From Acidobacteriota bacterium (GTDB lineage Bacteria; Acidobacteriota; UBA6911; RPQK01; JAJDTT01), in the NCBI GenBank assembly GCA_965209055.1, contig OZ242374.1, positions 5,856,001-5,920,000 on the forward strand: a DNA stretch of 64,000 nucleotides, written 5' to 3'. Of the stretch, positions 38,189 to 47,233 are shown one piece after another. The notes beneath the pieces are model-generated. The model did not search any database. It saw nothing but the letters and a program-made list of their open reading frames with translations, and was not told the origin of the DNA. A program made the position numbers and the translations under genes. How positions within the stretch are numbered: position 1 is the stretch's first letter; each line of letters begins with the position of its first letter.

Positions 38189-38776
38189 CTACTGCTCGGA
38201 GAGTTTGCTCTCGATCAGGCTGACGACCGCGGGGTCGTCGGGGCGTGTCCGGGGCTGGAACCGGGCCACGACGTTTCCGGACCGGTCCAGAACGAACTTC
38301 TCGAAGTTCCAACTGATCTCGCCGGTCCCCTTGGGCGAGGTCGGGACCGACTTGAGGTACTTGTAGAGACCGGCCGCGCCGTCGCCGTTGACCTCGATCT
38401 TGGAAAACATGTCGAACTCGACGCCGTAGTTGGCGGTGCAGAACGTGCGAATCTCTGCGTCGGTTCCCGGTTCCTGGCCCTTGAACTGGTTGCACGGGAA
38501 TCCCAGGATCGCCAGGCCCTGTCCCGAGTACTTCTCGTGCAGGTCCTGAAGCTGCTCGTATTGCGGCGTCAGTCCGCACTTGCTGGCCACGTTCACGATC
38601 ATCACGACCTTGCCCTTGTACGCGCTCAGGTCCACGGCCTTGCCGTCCAGGGACTTCAGGGTGAAGTCGAGTGCGGGAGCGGACTTTTCGCCCGCCTCGA
38701 CGCTGACGGTTCCCGCCAGCAGGACAGCCACAACCAGACAGGCGGCAAATGGGGACAGATCAGAGAAACTGGACAT
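38189..38776 (-). CDS. Cys-type glutathione peroxidase with signal peptide
   Basis: NVASKCGLTPQY, LGFPCNQFKGQEPG, WNFEKF; N-terminal hydrophobic signal; GAGGAGG RBS. Confidence 0.94.
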   Translation of the reverse strand: MSSFSDLSPFAACLVVAVLLAGTVSVEAGEKSAPALDFTLKSLDGKAVDLSAYKGKVVMIVNVASKCGLTPQYEQLQDLHEKYSGQGLAILGFPCNQFKGQEPGTDAEIRTFCTANYGVEFDMFSKIEVNGDGAAGLYKYLKSVPTSPKGTGEISWNFEKFVLDRSGNVVARFQPRTRPDDPAVVSLIESKLSEQ

Positions 38777-38913
38777 GAGAAATCCTCCTCACAACAACCC
38801 GGCGTCCACCGGAAACACAAACCTGAACCTCAGTTTACGCTGTCTGGGCGCGAGAAATCCAGGTTGACCACCGGCCCCTGTTATCAAAACGTTGACCCGG
38901 CTATCATCTGCGA

Positions 38914-40017
38914 ATGAGCAAACCACTGATCGTCGACCTGCATCTGGACCTGGCCTGGGACGCGCTCTACTGGAATCGGGACCTGACTCTTACGGCGGAA
39001 CAGGTCCGGGAGCAGGAACGGCGGGAACCGCCTCAAGTCGCTCCCGGCCACACTTGCGGCACCTGCACCACCACCTTCCCCGAACTCCGCCAGGGTGGCG
39101 TCGGCGTCATCCTCAGCACCATCATGTCGCGGACCCAGACCCGATCGGGGCGCATGAAGGACGGCCTGCGGACCCAGGAACAGTGCATCGGCATGGGACG
39201 GGGACACCTGGCGTACTACCAGGCCATGGCCCGCCGGGGCCAGCTCAAGCCGGTGCACGGTTGGGCCGATCTGGAAGAGGCCGTCGAGGCTTGGAAGGAT
39301 CCGCAGCCGGACACCCCCATCTACCATGTCCTGTCCATGGAGAGCGCCGATCCCATCGCCGACCCCGACGACGTCCAGTTCTGGTGGGACGCCGGACTGC
39401 GCGTGGTGGGGCCCGCTCACTTCGGCGACAACACCTACATCCACGGCACCGGCACCGAAGGGGGCATCAAGGCTCCCGCCCCGGCTCTCTACCGGGCCAT
39501 GCGCGAGGCCGGGATCATCCTGGACATCACCCACATGGCCGACCAGGCGGTCTGGGAGTCCCTGGAGATCTGGGACGGTCCCATCTGCGCCACCCATTGC
39601 TCCGCCCGGGCGCTGATCAAGGGCCAGCGCCATCTGACCGACGACATGATCCGAGAGGTGATCCGGCGGGACGGCGTCATCGGCATGGTCTTCTGCCAGA
39701 GCTTCATCGATCCGGCCATCGAATGGGGAAACCGACCGGCCATCGACGGCAGCGGCGGCAAGTACGGCATGGACGGGTTCATTCCCATCATCGAGCACAT
39801 CGGCGACCTGGCCGGCGGCACGCTGGAGCACGTCGGCGTCGGGACCGACATGGACGGCGGTTTCGGAGCCGAGATGACTCCCAAGGACGTGGACACCATG
39901 GCGGACGTGGCCAATTTCGCAAACGTCCTGTCCGACGCCGGCTATCGCGCCGACGAGGTCGAAGGGATTCTGAGCGGCAATGCGCTCAGGCTGTTCAAAC
40001 GGGTCTGGAATTCCTGA
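38914..40017 (+). CDS. Membrane dipeptidase family (M19) protein
   Basis: VDLHLD, SMESAD, LDITHMAD, ATH, GTDMDGG, GNALR. Confidence 0.9.
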   Translation: MSKPLIVDLHLDLAWDALYWNRDLTLTAEQVREQERREPPQVAPGHTCGTCTTTFPELRQGGVGVILSTIMSRTQTRSGRMKDGLRTQEQCIGMGRGHLAYYQAMARRGQLKPVHGWADLEEAVEAWKDPQPDTPIYHVLSMESADPIADPDDVQFWWDAGLRVVGPAHFGDNTYIHGTGTEGGIKAPAPALYRAMREAGIILDITHMADQAVWESLEIWDGPICATHCSARALIKGQRHLTDDMIREVIRRDGVIGMVFCQSFIDPAIEWGNRPAIDGSGGKYGMDGFIPIIEHIGDLAGGTLEHVGVGTDMDGGFGAEMTPKDVDTMADVANFANVLSDAGYRADEVEGILSGNALRLFKRVWNS

Positions 40018-40020
40018 TTT

Positions 40021-40782
40021 TCAGTATTCGATCTTCACCCAGTCGAACATGATCAGACCCTTGGGCAGGCGATCCTGGTCCACCGGATAGTCCATGCCCG
40101 CCCTCTGAGCGTGAAGGTCCGTCACCTCGTCCGAGAGGGGAACGATCTCCAACGGGAACAGGACAAAGATGAGGTCGATGTTCACGTCCTCCAGCACCTT
40201 CCCGATCTCGTCGCAACCGTAGAGCCCGGTCCGGTCGTGACGCGAACCCAGGCAGGTCCACTGGCCGGGGTCGGGGGCCAGAGTCACGGTCTGCTCGCTC
40301 CACTCCCTCGTGACCCGGAAGGGTTGTCCGGTCAGGACCATGTTGGCCGTGGTCTTGTCGGTCTCGGATTGGGCCAGCAGCAGAAGCTCGGCTCCCCGGG
40401 CCTGCAACTCTCCCCGCAGGCGGACCGTCATTCGGGCGTTGGCCAAGCGCGTGGAGTAGCCCTGCTCCACGAACGAGTTGTTGGTGTAGGGCAGGCGCGA
40501 GGCCGCCGTGGGATGCTCGTACCATCTCCCGTCGGTGTACAGCCACATCACCAGGTGGAGATATCCGGCTCCGGGCGGGGCGTGGTTGGAGTCCAGAAAC
40601 CAGGGGCCGTGGCAATAGGCCACACCGTCCCACACGGGGAGCGCGTAGTGGCGGTCGGCGTACCAGCCGCCGTTGCCGTGATTGAAGTCTTCGAAATAGA
40701 CCCGGGGGTTTCCAACCTGTCCGGGGTCGCAACCGGTCAGGACTGCCACACAACCCATCAGCAAGAGTTGTCTCATTCTCAT
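40021..40782 (-). CDS. Hypothetical lipoprotein
   Basis: Lipobox VLTGC; beta- and aromatic-rich body ending FDWVKIEY; start moved to ATG 40782 (GAGG RBS). Confidence 0.72.
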   Translation of the reverse strand: MRMRQLLLMGCVAVLTGCDPGQVGNPRVYFEDFNHGNGGWYADRHYALPVWDGVAYCHGPWFLDSNHAPPGAGYLHLVMWLYTDGRWYEHPTAASRLPYTNNSFVEQGYSTRLANARMTVRLRGELQARGAELLLLAQSETDKTTANMVLTGQPFRVTREWSEQTVTLAPDPGQWTCLGSRHDRTGLYGCDEIGKVLEDVNIDLIFVLFPLEIVPLSDEVTDLHAQRAGMDYPVDQDRLPKGLIMFDWVKIEY

Positions 40783-40847
40783 TGGGAACCTCACATTGTG
40801 GGGCGATTATCGTTTGCGCCTGTTCCGAAGGCCACGTCCAAGTGTAA

Positions 40848-40925
40848 AGGGGGGACTGCCGTCCCCCCTAACCCCCATCGGCGGTTGGAAACTGCCGCTC
40901 CCGGCGGCAAGGATGCCGCCGCTCC
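40848..40925. repeat. Cluster of three intergenic hairpins (REP-like)
   Basis: AGGGGGGAC-TGCC-GTCCCCCCT (40848-40869), GGCGGTTGGAAACTGCCGCTCC (40880-40901), GGCGGCAAGGATGCCGCCGCTCC (40903-40925). Confidence 0.7.
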
Positions 40926-40938
40926 TTTGGCCGCTCCC

Positions 40939-43770
40939 TCAGCGGCGGCGGTAGGGGTACAGGTCGAGAATCCGCTCCTCCTCGGGCCTCCAGGGCGGCC
41001 GGGCGAATCGTTCTTCCTCCACGGGAAGATGCGCTATCCAGATGTCTCCCCTCCGCTCTTTCAGAGTGAAAACGAGCTTGTCGCGCGCGACGTTGGTCCG
41101 CAGTGAGCTGAGCGAGACGCCGGCCAGCGACAGACGGGTCTCGCGAAAATGCCAGACCATCCTGGGATCTCCCACCGGCCTCCTGTCTGCCGGGTTCAAC
41201 TCCTGCACCCAGATGCCGCGGGCTCCCCCGCGATTGGAGACGAAGTACAGGAGATTTCCGTTCGGGGACCAGCCGGTCATCCCGTCCCTGTCCTGTCCGT
41301 CCGTGACGGCCACCCATCGCTCCGGCGGGATGCCGCCGCTCTCATGAAGATCTTCCTGGCGGAAGGGCGCAACGTAGATTCTGGCCTGAAGCGGACCCTC
41401 GGAAACCGTGAACGCGACCCATTTGTCGGCAGGATCGAGCCTGGCCTGGACCACGCTGTACTGGGGATGCTCCAGCAGCTTGAGCTGTCTTCCGCTGGTC
41501 ACGTCGAGAAGATCGACTCTTGACCTTCTTCCTCCATCTGCCCGGCGCACCACCAGGATGTCGTCTCCCTGGGAAGACCAGTCCAGGGGATGCCCGCAAT
41601 CCTGACAAACCGTTGTCCTGGGAGTCTGTCTCCGGGCCTCCACTCGATAGATTCCCCGGCTCTCCGAGTCGGACTCGCCGGCGCTGTACGCCACCTGGCT
41701 TCCATCGATCCGGATCCTGGGACGGCGCTCGTCTCCCGGACTCTCGGTGAGGTTGGTCTTCGCACCCGATCCCAGGTCCATGAGCCAGATATCCCGATTC
41801 CCGGAGCGGGTGGACTCGAAGGCCATCCGGCCTCCGTCCTCGGAAAGGGACGGATGGGAATCTTCTCCCGCATGTTGCGTGAGCCTCTCCAGACGCGCCC
41901 CCTCCGGCACACGTCCCCGGTCTGTGTCGATGGCCAGACTCCAGAGATCCAGGTTCTCGATCTGCGAGGAAAAGGCGATCCGGCCGGGCCGGACCGAGAA
42001 AGGCTCCAGCTCGGGGCCGACACCTGAAGTGATCTGGCGGGGTTCGCCCGAGAGGGTCAGGGTTCGGGGCGAGACCGCGATACGCCACAGGTTGACGCTG
42101 TCCCCGCGGCGGGCGGAGAAGACGATGAAGTTGTCGAGAGGCACCCAGACACCAGGGATCACCAGACCGGAAATCCCGGCCCGGGGCAACATGGCCGCCA
42201 GACCAAGCTTTCGAATCTCACCGTCCTCCAGCCGAAGAATCCACCAGTCGAAATCTTCGTCGCGTCTGGAGGATTCCCAGCCCAGGAATACGATGTGATC
42301 CCCGCGGGGAGACCAGATGGGATGACTCGCGACCGCGAAACTCTCCGCCAGTTGAGTCTGGGGCCGGCCGGAACTCCAGCCGGTGGTAAAGAGAGAGCCC
42401 CGCTTGAGATCGGCGCCGATCCGCCCCCTCCAATAGGCGATCCGGTCGCCTCGGGGCGAGACTCTGGGACGCCGCCCCCCATCGACGATGAACCGGGCGC
42501 CGGCCTCGTCTCCCAGGGTCGTGGTCCAGTAGAGACCCCCTCCGCGCCGCTCCGATCGGAATACCATCCTGGTCCCGTCGGGATGAAAGGAAGGCTGGTG
42601 GTCGTCGGCCGGGTCCCGAGTCCGGCGGGAACCGCCTCCGCCCAGTTGCTGTACCCAGATGTCCAGGTTTCCCCCGCCGCTCCGGTCCGACGCATACCCC
42701 AGCAGCCGTCCCCGGCGGGAGATGGCCGGATCGACCGTGAGCCCGGAAACCGACGTCACCCGGGTCAACATGGGTGGCGGAACCAGCCTGGAAGGATCCC
42801 CGGCGGTTCCCCACCACAACCCCCCGAACAGAATCGCCGCCAGCGCCAGACCCGCGACGGCGATCTCCCGGATGGTCAACGACGTGACCCGGAGTCCCCA
42901 CCGGCGGGGGCTTTGCAACTCCTGGAGCACATCTTCCAGCGCGAGACGCAGGTCCCGCATGTGCTGGAATCGCCGCTCGGGATCCTTCCGAAGGCAACGA
43001 TCCACGACCCATTCCAATTGCCGGGGGACGCCGCGCACCCGGTTTCCCAGGGGCTTGGGCTCCTTCTCCAGAATCCCCGCCAGCACCCTCGCCTGAGTCT
43101 TTCCCGGAAAGGCCTTGCGGCCGGTGACCATCTCGTAGATCAGCGACCCGAAGGAAAAAATGTCCGTCCGCGGGTCCGGGGGGATCCCTTCCACCTGTTC
43201 GGGGCTCATGTAGGGAGCCGTCCCCAGGATCACGCCCTCTCTCGTCTTCTCGTCCATCAGGGTGGGAGAATGAGTCAGGTCCGAGGGTTCGGAACTCTCG
43301 GCGATCGCCTTGGCCAGACCGAAGTCCAGAACCTTGACCCGATCATCGGGCGTAATCATCACGTTGGCCGGCTTCAGATCCCGGTGGATGACCCCTTTTT
43401 CGTGGGCGGCCTCCACGCCTCGCGCAATTTCCACCGCGTAACCCACGGCTTTCTTCAAGGGCAGAGAACCTTCTGCCAGGAGCTCCGCCAACGTCCGCCC
43501 ATCCACCAGCTCCAGAATGAAGAACTTCCGGTCGTTCGCCTCCTCGAATCCGTAGATGGCGGCGATATTGGAGTGGTTGAGCGATGCCAGAACCCGCGCT
43601 TCCCGCTGGAATCGGGACAGGCGTTCCGAGTCCTCGGCGTAGCCCGGAGGGAGGACTTTGATGGCGACTTGCCGGTTCAGGCGCGTATCCCGGGCGCGGT
43701 AGACCTCGCCCATTCCCCCTGCCCCGAGAGGTCCGATGATCTCGTAGCTGCCGAGCAGATCGTCAGGCAT
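40939..43770 (-). CDS. Hanks-type Ser/Thr kinase with TM and PD40/TolB-like beta-propellers
   Basis: LGAGGMGEVY, VAIKVL, HRDLKPAN, DFGLAK, GTAPYMSPEQ; TM; repeated PxxSPDG-like PD40 units; start ATG 43770. Confidence 0.95.
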   Translation of the reverse strand: MPDDLLGSYEIIGPLGAGGMGEVYRARDTRLNRQVAIKVLPPGYAEDSERLSRFQREARVLASLNHSNIAAIYGFEEANDRKFFILELVDGRTLAELLAEGSLPLKKAVGYAVEIARGVEAAHEKGVIHRDLKPANVMITPDDRVKVLDFGLAKAIAESSEPSDLTHSPTLMDEKTREGVILGTAPYMSPEQVEGIPPDPRTDIFSFGSLIYEMVTGRKAFPGKTQARVLAGILEKEPKPLGNRVRGVPRQLEWVVDRCLRKDPERRFQHMRDLRLALEDVLQELQSPRRWGLRVTSLTIREIAVAGLALAAILFGGLWWGTAGDPSRLVPPPMLTRVTSVSGLTVDPAISRRGRLLGYASDRSGGGNLDIWVQQLGGGGSRRTRDPADDHQPSFHPDGTRMVFRSERRGGGLYWTTTLGDEAGARFIVDGGRRPRVSPRGDRIAYWRGRIGADLKRGSLFTTGWSSGRPQTQLAESFAVASHPIWSPRGDHIVFLGWESSRRDEDFDWWILRLEDGEIRKLGLAAMLPRAGISGLVIPGVWVPLDNFIVFSARRGDSVNLWRIAVSPRTLTLSGEPRQITSGVGPELEPFSVRPGRIAFSSQIENLDLWSLAIDTDRGRVPEGARLERLTQHAGEDSHPSLSEDGGRMAFESTRSGNRDIWLMDLGSGAKTNLTESPGDERRPRIRIDGSQVAYSAGESDSESRGIYRVEARRQTPRTTVCQDCGHPLDWSSQGDDILVVRRADGGRRSRVDLLDVTSGRQLKLLEHPQYSVVQARLDPADKWVAFTVSEGPLQARIYVAPFRQEDLHESGGIPPERWVAVTDGQDRDGMTGWSPNGNLLYFVSNRGGARGIWVQELNPADRRPVGDPRMVWHFRETRLSLAGVSLSSLRTNVARDKLVFTLKERRGDIWIAHLPVEEERFARPPWRPEEERILDLYPYRRR

Positions 43771-45409
43771 TTCCGGCGTCCAGCCTCTCCACCACCAAAA
43801 CCGTGAGATCGTCGTAGGCCGAGGCGGTACCCATGAAACCCTGGACGGCTGCCAGGATGGCCTCCTGGACCGCGGCCCCGCCGGACGCCGCCGATTCACG
43901 GACAACGTCCTTCAGACGCGCTTCGCCGAACATCTCCCCATTCGGATCCATGGCCTCGGTCACCCCATCCGAATATACGACGAGAATGTCTCCGGCGTTC
44001 AGGCGAAAGGCAACAGACTCGTAGGTGACGTTTTCGAAGGCGCCCAGAATCATGCCGCACGGATCAAGCTCCTCGATCCCGCCCGTCGACGCCCGGCAGA
44101 CGTATGCGGGATTGTGGCCGGCGCTCACGTACTCCCCCTCGCCCGACGGATTGACCCGGAAGAGAAAAAGGGTGACGAAACGGTTGCTGGGAGTCTTCCG
44201 GAAGAGGTGGTCGTTGGCTCTGCTGACGGCGTCCCCCAAGGACAAACTGGAGCCGAATCCAACCTCCAGGACCCCTTGGAGAAAAGAACTCAACAAGGCC
44301 GCGGGGACGCCCTTGCCCGACACGTCCGCCAGGACGCCGGTCAGGTCATCGCCGTCCGGACCGAGAAAGTCATAGTAGTCGCCCCCCACGTAACGCGTCG
44401 GAGTGCTGGAGGCATGGACGCTGAAGGACGGGGAATGGGGAAGGTCCTGCGGCAGAAGAGCGCGTTGCGTCGCCTGGGCCAGGGACAGTTCCTGCTGGAC
44501 CCGCTTCCGCTCCTCCAGGCTCTGGATCAGTTCCAGCTTTTCGAAGACGTTCGAGGCCTCCAGGGCCAGCCGGCTCAGGATCTTCTGATCCAGGCCGCTG
44601 AGCATGTGCATGGCCTTCCGGCTGTCCAGGTAGAGGATGCCCCGGACCGCCGGCCGGTCGCCGTCGCCGGAGATCCACTTCAGGGGCATGCAGGCCACGG
44701 CTCGAAGCCGCATATTGACGATGCTCTCCTGGGCGGCGAACTGCTGGTCGATTCCCTCGGTCATCAGCAGCGGCTCCCCTTGTTTGGCCACCTGCTCGAC
44801 CACGGTATGGCTGGTTTTGAACTCACTCTCGGAAAGGTGATCGCCCCCGTGGTCCATCCCCACCACGTATTCGAAGTTCTGCCCCGAGAAGGTCAGCAGA
44901 AATCCCCGCTCCGCTCCGCTCACCCGCAACGCCGATTCCAGCAGTTGACCCAACATCCGGTCCGCCGAGAACGTCTGGCCCCATTGATATTGGAAATCCA
45001 GGATGTGGGAGATCTTCTCCAACTCCGAGGCAACCGACGCAACGGGGGGAAGGACCGACGAAAGCTGCAGGACGGACTCCTCCAGGTTCAGGGTCCGGTT
45101 CCCGGCCTGTTCCACCAGTCCCGTGTAATGGAACTCGCTGTGACCGGGTCCCATCCGGATCTTGTCACCGGCCTCCAGGAGCCGTTCCCGGACACGGATC
45201 CCATTGACGAAGGTCCCGTGGGTGCTGTCCAGATCGATGACCTTGTAGACCCGGTCCTGCTGCTGCAACCGGGCGTGGCGCCGCGAGACGTAGGGATCGG
45301 TCAGGACGATGTCCGAATCGGATCTGCGGCCGATGAACAGCTCCTTCTTCCGCAACTCCATCCGGCAGGGCCGGCCGCCCTGCCGCCATTCCAGGTAATG
45401 AGCGTTCAT
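43763..45409 (-). CDS. FHA-GAF-PP2C(SpoIIE) phosphatase
   Basis: FHA (IGRRSDSDI...VSRRHA...DLDSTHGTFVNG), GAF (AERGFLL...GILYLDSR), SpoIIE (VGGDYYDF, ADVSGKG, YSDGVTEA, DDLT); start ATG 45409. Confidence 0.93.
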   Translation of the reverse strand: MNAHYLEWRQGGRPCRMELRKKELFIGRRSDSDIVLTDPYVSRRHARLQQQDRVYKVIDLDSTHGTFVNGIRVRERLLEAGDKIRMGPGHSEFHYTGLVEQAGNRTLNLEESVLQLSSVLPPVASVASELEKISHILDFQYQWGQTFSADRMLGQLLESALRVSGAERGFLLTFSGQNFEYVVGMDHGGDHLSESEFKTSHTVVEQVAKQGEPLLMTEGIDQQFAAQESIVNMRLRAVACMPLKWISGDGDRPAVRGILYLDSRKAMHMLSGLDQKILSRLALEASNVFEKLELIQSLEERKRVQQELSLAQATQRALLPQDLPHSPSFSVHASSTPTRYVGGDYYDFLGPDGDDLTGVLADVSGKGVPAALLSSFLQGVLEVGFGSSLSLGDAVSRANDHLFRKTPSNRFVTLFLFRVNPSGEGEYVSAGHNPAYVCRASTGGIEELDPCGMILGAFENVTYESVAFRLNAGDILVVYSDGVTEAMDPNGEMFGEARLKDVVRESAASGGAAVQEAILAAVQGFMGTASAYDDLTVLVVERLDAGNA

Positions 45410-45831
45410 TTCTTCTCTCACGGCCACCGGCGGCAAGAATCCCTTCTCGGAATTCAACCGATGCTCCCATCTTGGCGGACCGCGCCGGTCATCGGTCGGA
45501 TACGGGTTCGTATGGCCGATGTTTCGCCTGGCCGGGCGGCCGCCTTCCGGCATCGTTGCCCGGCGGAAGTCCCGTGCGCATTATAGACACGCCTTGATCC
45601 CTAAAGCGCACAGGTCGACGGTGAATCCCCGGAATCCCGCGGCAGGCTCCTCAAGGAGGCGATTTGGAGTTGACTTTCCCAGGTTTTTCCAGAATATGAG
45701 TGGGAGTGCGCAGGGCTTCTGCACCCAGGCTATTCGACGGTGTAGAATAACCTCTCCGGATTGAACCACGCCGATTGCAGGCAGTCGAACGGGATGACGT
45801 TACCCCACAATCGAGAGGAGAAGACAACACT

Positions 45832-46707
45832 GTGAAGGCACTAGGCTACGCATGCCCCGAGACGCTGGAGGAGGCGATCGCGCTCATGGCCGAATACGAC
45901 GGCCGCGCGCGCCCTCTGGCCGGGGGAACCGACATCATCGTCCAAGTGAGGGAGGGCCATCGCGACCTGGACCTGATGGTGGACGTCAAGCGGATTCCCC
46001 AACTCAGACAACTGACTCACGATGCCGCGGAAGGACTGGTCCTGGGGGCCGCGGTCCCCTGCTGCGAATTCTACGAGCACGCCGAAATCGCATCCCTGTA
46101 CCCGGGCCTCGTGGACGCCGCCGAGCTGGTGGGAGGAACGGCCATCCAGAGCCGCGCTTCCTTCGGCGGCAACCTCTGCAACTCCTCCCCGGCAGCGGAC
46201 ACCATTCCCGCCCTGATCGCCCACCGGGCCTCGTGCGTGATCGCCGGTCCCGGCGGCCAGCGCGAAGTCCCCGTGGAAGGCTTCTGCACCGCGCCCGGCC
46301 GCAATGTGCTGGGGCGGGGAGAGTTGCTGGTCTCCTTGCGGATCCCGACCCCGGGCCCGAACTCGGGAGCGCACTATCTCCGGTTCATCCCCCGCAACGA
46401 AATGGATATCGCCGTCGTCGGGGCGGGGTCGTCAGTCGTGCTGAATGACGCCGGCGACACCTTCGTCTCCGGCCGCGTGGGATTGGGCGCGGTGGCCCCC
46501 ACCCCGTTGTTGGTGGAGGAAGCCGGCGAAATATTGTCGGGGAGTCCGGTCTCGGACGCCGTTATCGAAGCGGCCGCCGCGGCGGCCGGCAGGGCGGCCC
46601 GCCCCATCAGCGACATGCGGGGAACCATCGAGCAGCGGATACACTTGTCCGGGGTCCTGACCCGCAGGACACTCGTGAAGGCCGTCGCCCGCGCCAGAGG
46701 AGAGTGA
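45832..46707 (+). CDS. Mo-hydroxylase FAD-binding subunit (CoxM/XdhB family)
   Basis: LAGGTDI, IQSRASFGGNLCNSSPAADT, ARPISDMRG; GTG 45832 after GAGGAG. Confidence 0.92.
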   Translation: MKALGYACPETLEEAIALMAEYDGRARPLAGGTDIIVQVREGHRDLDLMVDVKRIPQLRQLTHDAAEGLVLGAAVPCCEFYEHAEIASLYPGLVDAAELVGGTAIQSRASFGGNLCNSSPAADTIPALIAHRASCVIAGPGGQREVPVEGFCTAPGRNVLGRGELLVSLRIPTPGPNSGAHYLRFIPRNEMDIAVVGAGSSVVLNDAGDTFVSGRVGLGAVAPTPLLVEEAGEILSGSPVSDAVIEAAAAAAGRAARPISDMRGTIEQRIHLSGVLTRRTLVKAVARARGE

Positions 46708-46712
46708 GATTC

Positions 46713-47213
46713 ATGAGCGTGACAGCCGCCGATCAAAAGCTACATATTCAGACCCGGATCAACGACGAAAACACCGAGTTCCTGTGCGAGCCGCGCCACA
46801 GCCTGTTGGAGGTTCTTCGCGACATTCTCCAACTGACCGGCAGCAAGGAAGGGTGCAACAACGGCAATTGCGGCGCCTGCAGCGTCATCCTGGACGGGCG
46901 CCTCGTCAACTCCTGCGTGGTCATGGCCGGCGAGGTTCAGGGCGCCGAGGTCACCACCATCGAGGGGTTGGCGTCGGAATCGGGCGAGCTGCACCCCTTG
47001 CAGCAGAATTTCCTGGAACACGCCGCCCTCCAGTGCGGCGTCTGCACGCCCGGCTTCATCGTCGCCGCCAAGGCCCTTCTGGACCGGAATCCCGATCCTT
47101 CCGAACATGACGTTCGCCTTTGGCTGGCGGGAAATCTCTGCCGCTGCACAGGTTACGACAAGATCATTCGAGCCGTATTGGACACTGCCGCGCCGGCCAA
47201 CGGCAACGGTTAA
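46713..47213 (+). CDS. Mo-hydroxylase 2x[2Fe-2S] subunit (CoxS family)
   Basis: GSKEGCNNGNCGACSV, QCGVCTPG, NLCRCTGY. Confidence 0.94.
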   Translation: MSVTAADQKLHIQTRINDENTEFLCEPRHSLLEVLRDILQLTGSKEGCNNGNCGACSVILDGRLVNSCVVMAGEVQGAEVTTIEGLASESGELHPLQQNFLEHAALQCGVCTPGFIVAAKALLDRNPDPSEHDVRLWLAGNLCRCTGYDKIIRAVLDTAAPANGNG

Positions 47214-47233
47214 CCGAGGGGGAGTCAAGACTG

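Noticed and set aside
45410-45831. Moco riboswitch in the long intergenic region before the Mo-hydroxylase
   Set aside because: Hairpins are present but I could not match the Moco RNA consensus by eye; an Infernal/Rfam scan would be decisive.
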